The notes under the pieces are model-generated. The model was given only the letters and a program-made list of their open reading frames with translations, ran no database searches and was not told where the DNA came from. Source: Paucisalibacillus globulus (GTDB lineage: Bacteria; Bacillota; Bacilli; Bacillales; Amphibacillaceae). From it: a DNA stretch of 40,000 bases. Shown in pieces: positions 28,632 to 37,523 of the stretch. The stretch spans positions 31,547 through 71,546 of the forward strand of contig NZ_LT855384.1 in NCBI RefSeq assembly GCF_900184735.1, given 5' to 3'. A program made the position numbers and the translations under genes. Numbering within the stretch: position 1 is the stretch's first letter; each line of letters begins with the position of its first letter.

Positions 28632-30640
28632 TGCCTAACCAGACAACTAATTACGGTTTAACGAAGCCTATACCGGATGAATTTTATGATGTTGAAGCAC
28701 AAAACGATAACATGGACAAAATTGATCTTGAGTTAAATCGTACTCAAGATGAAATATGGAATAAGGTTGTTGAAGCAGTTACCCTTCAGCGCGGGACGAA
28801 TGTTGTTAATACTGAAAGAGACACGCTGGTTTCTAGTTTGGCATTTGATGGAGATGAAGCTATTAACCTAGTTCCATTGTTTGATAGTGGACTGTGGAAG
28901 TTACATGCTAATGCAGCAGTTAGTACACCGAATAAGATTATACACAATAACACTTCAGGTGCAGATGAGTTTTCTGAAATATGGATTAAGGTAAAACCTA
29001 ATTTTACCTATACTTTTAGATTAAATCACACTGGATTAATAAAAGTTCATTACTACAATTCTAGTAGAGTTATTTTAGAAACAGTTGTGAATTCTAGTGT
29101 TCAGGAAGTAACCTTTACAACTTCTCCTGAAACTGCTGAAATCAAGATTAACCTTCATAATTTAACAATGGGTGAAGCCATCTTTGAAGACATTATGATA
29201 AACGAAGGAACAGTCGCGCAACCATTCGTAGCCAATATTCAACCAATCCGTTTTCCAACCATTCAAGTGAAAGATGAAACAGATAAAGTATTATCTCAGC
29301 TATCTATTCAAGACCACTTCTTTGAAGGTGATAAATTAGAAGTACGTGATAGCGAATTAGTTAAAATTGCCAGTAAAAAAGAAGTCATTTTAGATAGCTC
29401 ACAAACGGTCTCTTGGACAAACAATAAAAGTGGCTATAAGCACATTAAGATAAACAGCGTATTACATGGTGTTATGCTAGGTGAATCTGATGATTTTGCA
29501 AGGGTTGTAAAATATGATGGTAAAATAATCAATATTGTAGACCCTCTTAGTGACAAAGACCAACTAACAACGGATAGAAACAACGGAGACATATGGATTT
29601 CAGTTTCTAACGCTGATTCTGGTTGGGGAGACGGTTACACACCAACAGTAGAAGAAATTAAAGCGTATTTCTTAGGATATAAAATGCGCGACAGTCTAAA
29701 TGCTAACAATCAATATAACGGTACTGGAGAAAAGGGCTGGATAGCCATTTATGATTATGTAAATGGAGTTAGACCTAATATGATAACAACACTTCCAACA
29801 ACATTAGATGCAAGATTTACTCCCTACCGACTTATATACCAATTAGCAAAACCTGAAATACAACAAGTTCAATCATTCGGAGAATTGAAGTTAAATAAAG
29901 GCGTAAATCACCTTGAAGTATTAGAAGGCATGGTGGCTAGGGAAACTATAAAGGTCTACCTATCTAGTGATTTCACATATTACATTACAAATCAAAAAGG
30001 CCGAGATGAACAATTCCATTATCCTGTAAGCAAAATACTACGGATATACAAAAACGGTAATGACGATACGCATAATTGGTTGTTTAATTCATTACTAGCT
30101 TACGGAAATGAAAAAGCTTTTATTACACCTGATAAATACGACCCTAACGCGCATTACACTGTAGATTACCTTTTCATGCCTTATCTATCTAATCCAATAC
30201 AAAGTATAGTCACAACCTATCCAAATAACCTTGGTTCTGTTGTTGATGAATTAATTGCTAAAATAAAAGAACGAAGTCTAGATTTTGATAATCTTTATTT
30301 ACAGAAGGCTAATCGAAAACAAGAAGATTGGATTAAACCGACGCTACTAAATGGGTTTAGTCACATGTATGACGGTCTTAGATTTATGAAAGACGAATTT
30401 GGTTTCGTCCATATTCAGGGAATTGCTACTGGGGGTCCAACAACAGAAGGTGCAGTGATTTTTATCCTTCCAATAGGATATCGTCCAAAAAACTATGCTT
30501 ATATTTCAGGGCTGCAATCTAGTAGCGGGTGGAAACATTTAGGGATTGACATAGGAAGTGCTGGAGAGGTTCGATTACATGACGGAAGAACTAGTACAAA
30601 TTTTATTAAGATAAACGGTATATTCAGGGCGGAGGGGTAA
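28631..30640 (+). CDS. Tail fibre / receptor-binding protein
   Basis: 669 aa. N-terminus MPNQTTNYGLTKPIPDEFYD is typical of fibre N-termini. It is the last large structural gene. Confidence 0.75.
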   Translation: MPNQTTNYGLTKPIPDEFYDVEAQNDNMDKIDLELNRTQDEIWNKVVEAVTLQRGTNVVNTERDTLVSSLAFDGDEAINLVPLFDSGLWKLHANAAVSTPNKIIHNNTSGADEFSEIWIKVKPNFTYTFRLNHTGLIKVHYYNSSRVILETVVNSSVQEVTFTTSPETAEIKINLHNLTMGEAIFEDIMINEGTVAQPFVANIQPIRFPTIQVKDETDKVLSQLSIQDHFFEGDKLEVRDSELVKIASKKEVILDSSQTVSWTNNKSGYKHIKINSVLHGVMLGESDDFARVVKYDGKIINIVDPLSDKDQLTTDRNNGDIWISVSNADSGWGDGYTPTVEEIKAYFLGYKMRDSLNANNQYNGTGEKGWIAIYDYVNGVRPNMITTLPTTLDARFTPYRLIYQLAKPEIQQVQSFGELKLNKGVNHLEVLEGMVARETIKVYLSSDFTYYITNQKGRDEQFHYPVSKILRIYKNGNDDTHNWLFNSLLAYGNEKAFITPDKYDPNAHYTVDYLFMPYLSNPIQSIVTTYPNNLGSVVDELIAKIKERSLDFDNLYLQKANRKQEDWIKPTLLNGFSHMYDGLRFMKDEFGFVHIQGIATGGPTTEGAVIFILPIGYRPKNYAYISGLQSSSGWKHLGIDIGSAGEVRLHDGRTSTNFIKINGIFRAEG

Positions 30641-30644
30641 AACT

Positions 30645-30971
30645 ATGAAAATTGTAGTCTACAAAAAACGTGAAGATGAAACGTTAGATTTTACGGACGG
30701 TATTGTTGTTGATCCTAACGCAATTCCTGAAGGTTACACTGAAGTAAAAGAACAAGGAGCATACAATGAAGATGGAAAACGCCTTACACAAGTAGAACTG
30801 GAAGAAATTCGAAATGCTGAGCCACCTAAATCAGAAGTAGATCTACTCGCAGAACAACTTATTAATGAAAAGTTTAAGAACATGCAGCTGCAAAAAGATA
30901 TAGATATGTTAGGCAGCGAAATGGCTAAAACAAAATTCGATTTGATGAAAATACAGAAAGTTGGTGTATGA
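30645..30971 (+). CDS. Hypothetical tail fibre-associated protein (XkdW-like position)
   Basis: 108 aa directly after the fibre gene. Strong SD. Confidence 0.5.
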   Translation: MKIVVYKKREDETLDFTDGIVVDPNAIPEGYTEVKEQGAYNEDGKRLTQVELEEIRNAEPPKSEVDLLAEQLINEKFKNMQLQKDIDMLGSEMAKTKFDLMKIQKVGV

Positions 30972-31117
30972 AAGTGGAATTTTGGGATCTGGCTTACAAG
31001 CGTAATTGGGTTACAAAGGAAGAACTGAAATTTGCCGTTATTACTGAAGAAAATCCATACGGAGAAATTACTCCTGCAGAATATGAAGTGATTACTGGAG
31101 ATTCATTTATAGCTTAA
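30968..31117 (+). CDS. XkdX-like small protein (49 aa)
   Basis: ATGA overlap with the upstream stop. MKVEFWDLAYKRNWVTKEELKFAVITEENPYGEITPAEYEVITG matches the XkdX-family pattern as recalled. Below the ORF-track cutoff. Confidence 0.6.
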   Translation: MKVEFWDLAYKRNWVTKEELKFAVITEENPYGEITPAEYEVITGDSFIA

Positions 31118-31173
31118 TTTATTCAGCGCTAGTAATAGCGTATTTTTTTATGCCTTAATTAGGGAGGTCAAAA

Positions 31174-31434
31174 ATGACTATACAAGAACTTGCTAGCTTA
31201 ATGGCAGTGATTTCGTTTCTTGGCGGAATCGCTATTTTTTTGTTTAAAAGTATTGTTATTAAACCGTTACAAACCTCGATTGATTTACTCAACGATACTT
31301 TAAAAAGTTTTAAGATTAGGACCGACAAAGAACTTGAATTGCTTGATTCAAAAGTTAATTCTCTAGAGAAAAAAACAACCAGACATGATGAGCAAATAAA
31401 AACACTTTTTTCGAAGGGAGGTGAGCACAAATGA
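31174..31434 (+). CDS. XhlA-like membrane protein (holin-associated)
   Basis: N-terminal TM helix LMAVISFLGGIAIFLF followed by a coiled coil. Lies before the holin gene. Confidence 0.75.
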   Translation: MTIQELASLMAVISFLGGIAIFLFKSIVIKPLQTSIDLLNDTLKSFKIRTDKELELLDSKVNSLEKKTTRHDEQIKTLFSKGGEHK

Positions 31435-31712
31435 AAATCAACTGGAAAGTAAGATTCAAAAACCCAGTATTCTATACACAATTAATTCTATCAATCCTGG
31501 TACCTATTATTGGGTATATGGGAATTAGATTTGAGGATTTAACAACTTGGGTGGTATTAGGTGATGTACTTGTACAAGCCTTATCAAACCCTTACGTAGT
31601 AGCGCTTGTCCTAGTCAGTGTTTGGAATGCACTCAATGATCCAACAACTAAAGGATTAAGTGATAGTATTCAAGCACGAAATTATAAAAAACCGAGAGGA
31701 GATGTTGAGTAA
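31431..31712 (+). CDS. Holin (phi LC3 / XhlB-like)
   Basis: [15 protein letters not shown]..., two TM helices, C-terminal [10 protein letters not shown]. Confidence 0.78.
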   Translation: MKINWKVRFKNPVFYTQLILSILVPIIGYMGIRFEDLTTWVVLGDVLVQALSNPYVVALVLVSVWNALNDPTTKGLSDSIQARNYKKPRGDVE

Positions 31713-32539
31713 TGGGAGTAACATTTATTTACCCAACAGTAAAAAGAATAACAAGTCATTTTAGTAAGAGTAGACCGCATCCGATAACTGGTGTGGTCTC
31801 TTTTCATTCTGGAACAGACTTCGCACAACCTGGACGTCAGGAAATTAAAGCAGCTGCAGCTGGAAGGGTTGTAAAGTCTTATGTAAGCACCTCATATGGT
31901 GAATGCATTATCATACGTCATAATATTAAAGGGCAAACTTGGGAAACACTCTATGCACATATGCTTAGTGGCTCTCGTAGAGTACATGTTGGTGATATTG
32001 TTAAGCAGGGAGAAGTTATTGGACTTATGGGAAGTACCGGTGATTCTACAGGCCAACATCTACACTTTGAAATTCATAGGGGTACCTGGAACAGTCAAAG
32101 AAGCAACGCGGTCAACCCTGTTGATTACTTGAACAAGGATCTGTATCCTGTATCTGCTTCCGGTAATGTATATGTCGTAAAAGCTGGGGACACACTTTCA
32201 AAAATTGCTAAGAATCACGGCACAACGGTTGATGTACTTGTTAAACTAAATAAAATTAAGGACAAAAATTTGATTTTTGTTGGCCAAAAAATTAAGTTGC
32301 CAGGTAGCAAAGGTGAAACTCTTTATCTACCAAAAACGGAGTCAAGATGGAGAGTTTATCCAACTAATAAAGCACCAGTTAAAGGTAATGAAAAAGGCTT
32401 CTTGAATCCTAAGAAGTTTGGTGGACTGCAATATCAAGTGCTTGATAAACCTCAAGCTCATGTAGTAACTATTCAGACTCAAGACTTTGGTAAGGTTAAT
32501 ATCTATGTGCATCCTTCCACAGGTGCTACAATTAAATAA
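31712..32539 (+). CDS. Endolysin: M23 peptidase + LysM + C-terminal binding domain
   Basis: FHSGTDFA ... [16 protein letters not shown] (M23 metal site). LysM domain [29 protein letters not shown]...VGQKIKLP. Confidence 0.9.
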   Translation: MGVTFIYPTVKRITSHFSKSRPHPITGVVSFHSGTDFAQPGRQEIKAAAAGRVVKSYVSTSYGECIIIRHNIKGQTWETLYAHMLSGSRRVHVGDIVKQGEVIGLMGSTGDSTGQHLHFEIHRGTWNSQRSNAVNPVDYLNKDLYPVSASGNVYVVKAGDTLSKIAKNHGTTVDVLVKLNKIKDKNLIFVGQKIKLPGSKGETLYLPKTESRWRVYPTNKAPVKGNEKGFLNPKKFGGLQYQVLDKPQAHVVTIQTQDFGKVNIYVHPSTGATIK

Positions 32540-32640
32540 ACTAAAATAAGCATAGACAACTTATTCTAGTATAGAATTCATGGGGGTCTGGTGGACCACT
32601 TAGAAGGAGTTCGGAAAAGCTCTGGATATAAAATAAGACC

Positions 32641-32678
32641 AAAAAAAATCCCTCTTGTGGAAGCAGGAGGGATTTTTA
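32641..32678. terminator. Strong bidirectional rho-independent terminator closing the lysis operon
   Basis: atccctcttg-tggaag-caggagggat 10-bp stem flanked by A8 and T5. Confidence 0.7.
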
Positions 32679-32698
32679 AAATAAGGACCTAAAAACTA

Positions 32699-32727
32699 TA
32701 TACAAAGTATTTTCTACATGCTATCAT
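32699..32727 (+). promoter_or_regulatory. Putative sigma-A promoter with an extended -10
   Basis: TATACA (-35), 17 nt spacer, TGcTATCAT (extended -10). Confidence 0.45.
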
Positions 32728-32728
32728 A

Positions 32729-32742
32729 GGAACGTACGTTCC
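32729..32742. promoter_or_regulatory. Perfect 14-bp palindrome matching the Bacillus LexA (Cheo) box core GAAC-N4-GTTC
   Basis: GGAACGTACGTTCC, starting 2 nt downstream of the putative -10. Confidence 0.55.
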
Positions 32743-32782
32743 AATTGGAAACGTTTTTACAAAAAAGCAGGAAAATAGTCAT

Positions 32783-32814
32783 CTTTTGTAGAATATGTAA
32801 TTTATCTACAAAAG
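32783..32814 (+). promoter_or_regulatory. 10-bp inverted repeat whose 3' arm runs into the SD of the downstream gene
   Basis: cttttgtaga-(12 nt)-tctacaaaag, immediately followed by ggggataaatATG. Confidence 0.5.
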
Positions 32815-32824
32815 GGGGATAAAT

Positions 32825-33748
32825 ATGGATTTAAATAATATAATTCAAAAACTGCGGGAATTTCAAGAACCAGATGGAAGGTTATCTGTTTTATTTGTAT
32901 CAAAGAATGGCACAAGATATAGTTCGTTCGAACCAAGTGTTTCTAATGATGTACAGAAGGAAGTCATTAAATTATTTATTGAAAATATAGACCATAAAAT
33001 ACAAGCTAACCTTAACTCGGTTACATTCAATCCAAGTGGGCATGAGAATGATGAATATTCAGTATGTGATACAGATTATGTTGGAAATTATTCTGAAGTT
33101 ATCAACTTGTTTGATGAAACAGTTACCGAAGAAATGGATCCGAACAAAGTTAGTTTCTTAGTATTTAAACTAAGAATAAATAATAATGGTGAAGATCCGA
33201 AGTTTATTTATTTCTTTAGAAAAAACCACAAGTTAAAAAGTATTCGCAAAGGTTTCTGGATTAGAAAAGTTGCTGATACATTTAATATACTAGAAGATAA
33301 TAAATTGATAGCAATAGACGGGGGAATCGATGCTATCTCCTTAGATAATCAACTTATATTTTTTAGTCATATTGCGGCTGAACGTATATTCAACCTAAGA
33401 GAGAAGTTTAAAGAAAACGCTCAATTAGTACTAAGAGAAGTACAAGGTGGTACGAAGATCGAAAACTTCGATCAATTTAAGGAGGATTGTTTAGGTGATG
33501 CAAGAATCATTAGAAGACTCACTAAAATACAATCTAATCCAGAAATTATAAGGTTGTTTCACGAGCATTTCGACAACGCACCTGAGGTTGTGGAATTGTT
33601 TGATTTAAATATTAAATTCAATGATGAAAAATCAAAAATTATTTATGACGACAAAGAACAATTAACTGATATAACAATGTTAATGAGAGATGCATATTAT
33701 AGAACAGTCCTGGCAAATAGAAAAGGGATAGATGATTTTAATATCTAA
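32825..33748 (+). CDS. Accessory soluble protein, 307 aa; possibly DUF4868/KwaB-like (unverified)
   Basis: Strong SD and an AT-rich gene. No TM helix or catalytic motif recognised. Size and overall pattern are reminiscent of KwaB-type proteins. Confidence 0.75.
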   Translation: MDLNNIIQKLREFQEPDGRLSVLFVSKNGTRYSSFEPSVSNDVQKEVIKLFIENIDHKIQANLNSVTFNPSGHENDEYSVCDTDYVGNYSEVINLFDETVTEEMDPNKVSFLVFKLRINNNGEDPKFIYFFRKNHKLKSIRKGFWIRKVADTFNILEDNKLIAIDGGIDAISLDNQLIFFSHIAAERIFNLREKFKENAQLVLREVQGGTKIENFDQFKEDCLGDARIIRRLTKIQSNPEIIRLFHEHFDNAPEVVELFDLNIKFNDEKSKIIYDDKEQLTDITMLMRDAYYRTVLANRKGIDDFNI

Positions 33749-33776
33749 TTTAAGGTAAAGGAGGTAAAACTAGAAA

Positions 33777-34307
33777 ATGATAACAAAAACTTACAAGGTG
33801 CTATTATTTGTCTCATCATTTTTACCTCTATATGTAATATTAATTGTGAAATTTTATGACTTTGAACAAAGCATTAAAGAGAATTTATTAGAACACTATG
33901 TAACATTTGGATTCTTTATGGTGTTAATTTTGATTTCACTATTAACATTTTTGTACTTTTGCTTCTGTGAATTGAACTCTGAAGAAACTTTCCACGGATT
34001 GGAGAATAAAAATAGTGAAATTTTAAGTTACTTTATTACCTACGTAGTACCACTTACTACCTTAGAAGAAGGAAATTTAAATTCAATTATAATAAATGCC
34101 TTATTATTTTTAGTTATTGGTATTTTCTATGTTAATAGTAATTTGTTTTATCTAAATGTTTTGTTTACTATATTCGGTTTTAATGTCTATCAAGATAGCG
34201 AAAACAAAATTATAATCTCAAGAAAGAGTGCAGATAAAATAACTAACAACACATATATTAATGTAAAAAAGGTAGGAAAGAAAATTTATATAGTTAATAA
34301 AAAGTAG
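33777..34307 (+). CDS. Accessory polytopic membrane protein, 176 aa (~4 TM helices); possible KwaA-like partner (unverified)
   Basis: SD aaaggaggt. Hydrophobic helices at about residues 7-24, 42-63, 104-119 and 123-135. Lysine-rich C-terminal tail. Confidence 0.78.
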   Translation: MITKTYKVLLFVSSFLPLYVILIVKFYDFEQSIKENLLEHYVTFGFFMVLILISLLTFLYFCFCELNSEETFHGLENKNSEILSYFITYVVPLTTLEEGNLNSIIINALLFLVIGIFYVNSNLFYLNVLFTIFGFNVYQDSENKIIISRKSADKITNNTYINVKKVGKKIYIVNKK

Positions 34308-34325
34308 CCCCATAACTATGGGGCT
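34306..34325. terminator. Hairpin between convergent genes (works best as the minus-strand terminator)
   Basis: agcccca-taacta-tggggct. A T-run follows on the minus strand only. Confidence 0.5.
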
Positions 34326-34672
34326 TACTCATTCCAAGGACGATCTTTAACTTCAAATCTTGCAGCCTTTTTCCCGTGTGAATAATCAGTCATTAACTGC
34401 TTTGTCATTTCCTTCAATTCTTCAGGTTTAAATTCCACCATTTCTTTATTAATTTCATACTTTCCCTTTTTGATACGTTTAATTTCAATATGATGCTTGG
34501 TTAATAATTCAGTTTTAATTTTAAAATAGTCCTGGTGCATTCGTTCGATTATCGAATCAATCATATCTTCGTAAAGATTCCTCAATTGAAATTCACTGAA
34601 CTTCTCTTTATCCTGTTTAAAAACTGCTATAGCCATAGGTATGGCGATGTACTTTTTGATTAGTTCTTCCAT
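34325..34672 (-). CDS. Hypothetical protein (115 aa)
   Basis: K/E-rich helical protein. Weak SD ggaagtg 6 nt before ATG. No motif recognised. Confidence 0.6.
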   Translation of the reverse strand: MEELIKKYIAIPMAIAVFKQDKEKFSEFQLRNLYEDMIDSIIERMHQDYFKIKTELLTKHHIEIKRIKKGKYEINKEMVEFKPEELKEMTKQLMTDYSHGKKAARFEVKDRPWNE

Positions 34673-34823
34673 CCGTTACACTTCCATTTTCAAAATATCG
34701 CTTTAACATAGGATCTTTTCTGTCGAGGTATTCAAACGCATCTTGTTCAGAAGGTGTGGCCCCGGGGTAAACAATTCTTCTTCCATCAAAATATGGCTGA
34801 AATTCTTCTTTTTCTTTTTCCAT
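34617..34823 (-). CDS. Hypothetical protein (68 aa) overlapping the next gene by 56 nt
   Basis: Strong SD aaggagtg before ATG at 34823. The C-terminal ~18 aa lie over the start of the downstream gene in another frame. Confidence 0.5.
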   Translation of the reverse strand: MEKEKEEFQPYFDGRRIVYPGATPSEQDAFEYLDRKDPMLKRYFENGSVTDGRTNQKVHRHTYGYSSF

Positions 34824-34962
34824 TTTAATTCACTCCTTAATTATCTTAGTATAATAATTCGATAATTTGAAGCTGTAACCCTGCATAGAAAAGGAGTTTT
34901 CAACTTATTTTGAAATTAGTGATTTTGTTGGTGTTCTATAGTTGTTTTCAGGAAAAGTTTCC

Positions 34963-35178
34963 TTATAAGAAGGTTTTTCTGTTATTATGTTCCCTCTCAA
35001 CCAAATCATCTAAACTACATCCGATTATATCTGCTATTTCTGCAGCCTTTAAAAGGGTAATTTTTCTACGCCCATGAATGTACCTGGAAATATTATTTTC
35101 ATCTTCCCCTAGAGCTTTTGCTACTTGCCTATTAGTAAAGCCGTTCTCTTTAATGGCTTCCCCGATTCTTAATTTCAT
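34963..35178 (-). CDS. XRE-family HTH transcriptional regulator
   Basis: FTNRQVAKALGEDENNISRYIHGRRKITLLKAAEIADIIGCSLDDLV. ATG at 35178 after SD aaggtga. Divergent from the FtsK-like gene. Confidence 0.85.
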   Translation of the reverse strand: MKLRIGEAIKENGFTNRQVAKALGEDENNISRYIHGRRKITLLKAAEIADIIGCSLDDLVEREHNNRKTFL

Positions 35179-35430
35179 TATGATCACCTTTTTATTATTT
35201 CGATATTTACCTGGTAAAATCCTTTATTCAAAAAAAGTTATACCATTTTGGCATAGTATAAGATGTGGCACCATACAATCTAATATGCAAACCAAAATAC
35301 AACGACTGCAGCAAAGATTGTACTTTTAGAATGGGCGCAAATCTTTAAAATTAAGCTATTCTAGCCGTTTTACCAAGTTGCAATAGCCAAGGGACTATCT
35401 TTACAAGATACCAAGAATGGAGGTGCGTGA

Positions 35431-36684
35431 ATGCTATTCGAGTTATTGTCTACAGCAAGCATGGCAGGAATTGCTGGAACAAGTTTTTATTTTAAAAACA
35501 AAAACGCTGCTAACGATCATGAAAAAATTATTAAGATTGCTGACTATGCAGGTCTTAAAACAAAGGAAGGGAGTATCCGAATTTATCGGAAAACAAAGCA
35601 TAAGAACCACACGGAATACGTTTATAAAGTTCCTCTAGGGTTATCTTTTCAACAGTTTAAGGATGTAGAACAAAAATTTATTGATGGCCTAAATAATAAA
35701 AGTCGACCGGATCTTAATCTAGCAAACTTAAAAAATATTGACTGGAAGGGAGATGTCGTAAAGCAATTAAAAGATATTATTCAGAATCGAGTAAAGCTTG
35801 ATAAAAAGATAGAAATGGAGTTTGATGGGATGCTAAAAATACGAGTCTATGAAAAAGGTTTAGAAAAGCTTTATTTATTTGATGAAAAAATGTTAGGAAA
35901 AGTAAGAGGATGGAAGGTACCAATAGGCTTCACTTATAAAGACTTTATTTTGCATGATTTTGAAGAGAGACCTCACATGATTGTAGCCGGAGCTACTGGC
36001 TTCGGAAAATCTGAATTTGTGAAACTATTAATCTCAGTTTTGGTAAGCAATAAACCAGATCAAGTACGCTTCCATTTAATCGATTTAAAAGGCGGGGCAG
36101 AATTAGGGCCTTTCCGGGACATGAAGCAGGCTATTAATTTTGGTAGAAATGTGAAGGAAGCAAAAGTAGTTCTAGAAGCCATTCAAGAAGATATGAATAA
36201 CAAGCTCGAATACCTATTTGAAAAAGGATTCAAAGATATTAAAAGAGCAGGTCAAAAAGAAAGAGATTTTATTGTGATTGATGAAGCTGCAGATCTGGAT
36301 GACGAATGTAAAGAATTAGTTACGGATATCTCGAGAAGAGGAAGGGCGGCTGGCTACAGACTCATATACACGACCCAGTACCCAACGAACGAGACGCTCC
36401 CGTCTCAAGTACGTGCCAACATTGGAGCTAGAGTATGTTTTCGACTAGAAACAGGTGCTCAGAGCAGAGCTGTATTAGATGAAAACGGAGCGGAAGATAT
36501 TCCAGAGATTGAAGGTAGAGCCATCTTTAGAAGGGTGAGAAATTATATAGTCCAAACTCCATATATGGAAGAAGAAATGATAAATAAAATTATTAAACCT
36601 CACATCATCAAGAAGGAGGGTTTAGGTGCGACCAAAGACACTAGAACGCCAAGAGCAAATCCTTTTGAGTTTAAAGAATCTTGA
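35431..36684 (+). CDS. FtsK/SpoIIIE-family DNA translocase (TraB/coupling-protein-like), with an N-terminal TM helix
   Basis: Walker A VAGATGFGKSE, Walker B FIVIDEAADL, GRAAGYRLIYTTQYP, and an N-terminal hydrophobic segment. Confidence 0.9.
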   Translation: MLFELLSTASMAGIAGTSFYFKNKNAANDHEKIIKIADYAGLKTKEGSIRIYRKTKHKNHTEYVYKVPLGLSFQQFKDVEQKFIDGLNNKSRPDLNLANLKNIDWKGDVVKQLKDIIQNRVKLDKKIEMEFDGMLKIRVYEKGLEKLYLFDEKMLGKVRGWKVPIGFTYKDFILHDFEERPHMIVAGATGFGKSEFVKLLISVLVSNKPDQVRFHLIDLKGGAELGPFRDMKQAINFGRNVKEAKVVLEAIQEDMNNKLEYLFEKGFKDIKRAGQKERDFIVIDEAADLDDECKELVTDISRRGRAAGYRLIYTTQYPTNETLPSQVRANIGARVCFRLETGAQSRAVLDENGAEDIPEIEGRAIFRRVRNYIVQTPYMEEEMINKIIKPHIIKKEGLGATKDTRTPRANPFEFKES

Positions 36685-37219
36685 TTACCTCACTGTTAAG
36701 CAAATTCAAATCTTGCATGGGTTGGGCTTTAGGAATACCTATCGAATTCTAGATCAAATGGAGCCCTATCTAAACCACTTTTATGACGGACAGAAAATCT
36801 ATTACCTTAGCAAAGAAGGTCGCGAAAAAATAAACTGCAGCACTATCCGAACTAAAATTATCACAGCAAAACATTACCTAATGCGCAATGATCTCTATAT
36901 ACAACTCAACCAACCAAAAGACTGGAAGAATGAAGTTAAGCTAATCAGTGGAGAAGGAACAAAGGCAGAAATTGTTGTTATTCCAGATGCCAGGTTCATC
37001 CGCAATGGGAAGTACCACATTATTGAAATAGACAATCAGCAAAAAATGAAAAAGAACAAAGTAAAAATTGATAAGTATAGGAGATTCATAGAAAGAAATT
37101 CATTCAAAGGTATGCCTAAGATCATATGGGTAACAACTACACCATACAGAAGAGACAGTTTACTAGAATTGTGCGAGGGGTTGGATGTTGATGTTTTCTT
37201 GGATACTGATATCAACTAA
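36626..37219 (+). CDS. Replication-relaxation family protein
   Basis: N-terminal winged-helix-like ILLSLKNLDYLTVKQIQILHG and a PDARF...IEIDN pattern. GTG start after SD ggaggg. Typical partner of FtsK-like genes. Confidence 0.75.
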   Translation: MRPKTLERQEQILLSLKNLDYLTVKQIQILHGLGFRNTYRILDQMEPYLNHFYDGQKIYYLSKEGREKINCSTIRTKIITAKHYLMRNDLYIQLNQPKDWKNEVKLISGEGTKAEIVVIPDARFIRNGKYHIIEIDNQQKMKKNKVKIDKYRRFIERNSFKGMPKIIWVTTTPYRRDSLLELCEGLDVDVFLDTDIN

Positions 37220-37328
37220 TGAGCCTAAAGAGCACTTTGATGGAGAATTTATTGTTATTGATTGGAATTACTTCTTTAGTGGGGAATATGAGAAACCGGA
37301 TGAATGCGAATAATTAGGAGGGGTTTAT

Positions 37329-37523
37329 TTGAAACTGACTAACCTGAAAATGACAGATAGCGAAAAGGAATCAATGATTAGGATAACTGCAGAGAAAATT
37401 AAAGACCTAAAGTCTTATGGATCCATGGAAGAATTTGCCCATCTCGCTAACCTGTTGTATGTATATCAAAAGCTAACAGGAAAGAATTATGAGGAGGTAG
37501 AACATGCGGACAAAAACTTATGA
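37329..37523 (+). CDS. Hypothetical protein (64 aa)
   Basis: TTG start 5 nt after SD aggagggg. Confidence 0.5.
   Translation: MKLTNLKMTDSEKESMIRITAEKIKDLKSYGSMEEFAHLANLLYVYQKLTGKNYEEVEHADKNL

Noticed and set aside
35078-35638. + strand ORFs of 83 aa (35078-35329) and 73 aa (35417-35638)
   Set aside because: The first is antisense to the XRE gene and runs through the divergent promoter region. The second is an alternative frame of the FtsK-like gene start. Neither has an SD or protein-like composition.
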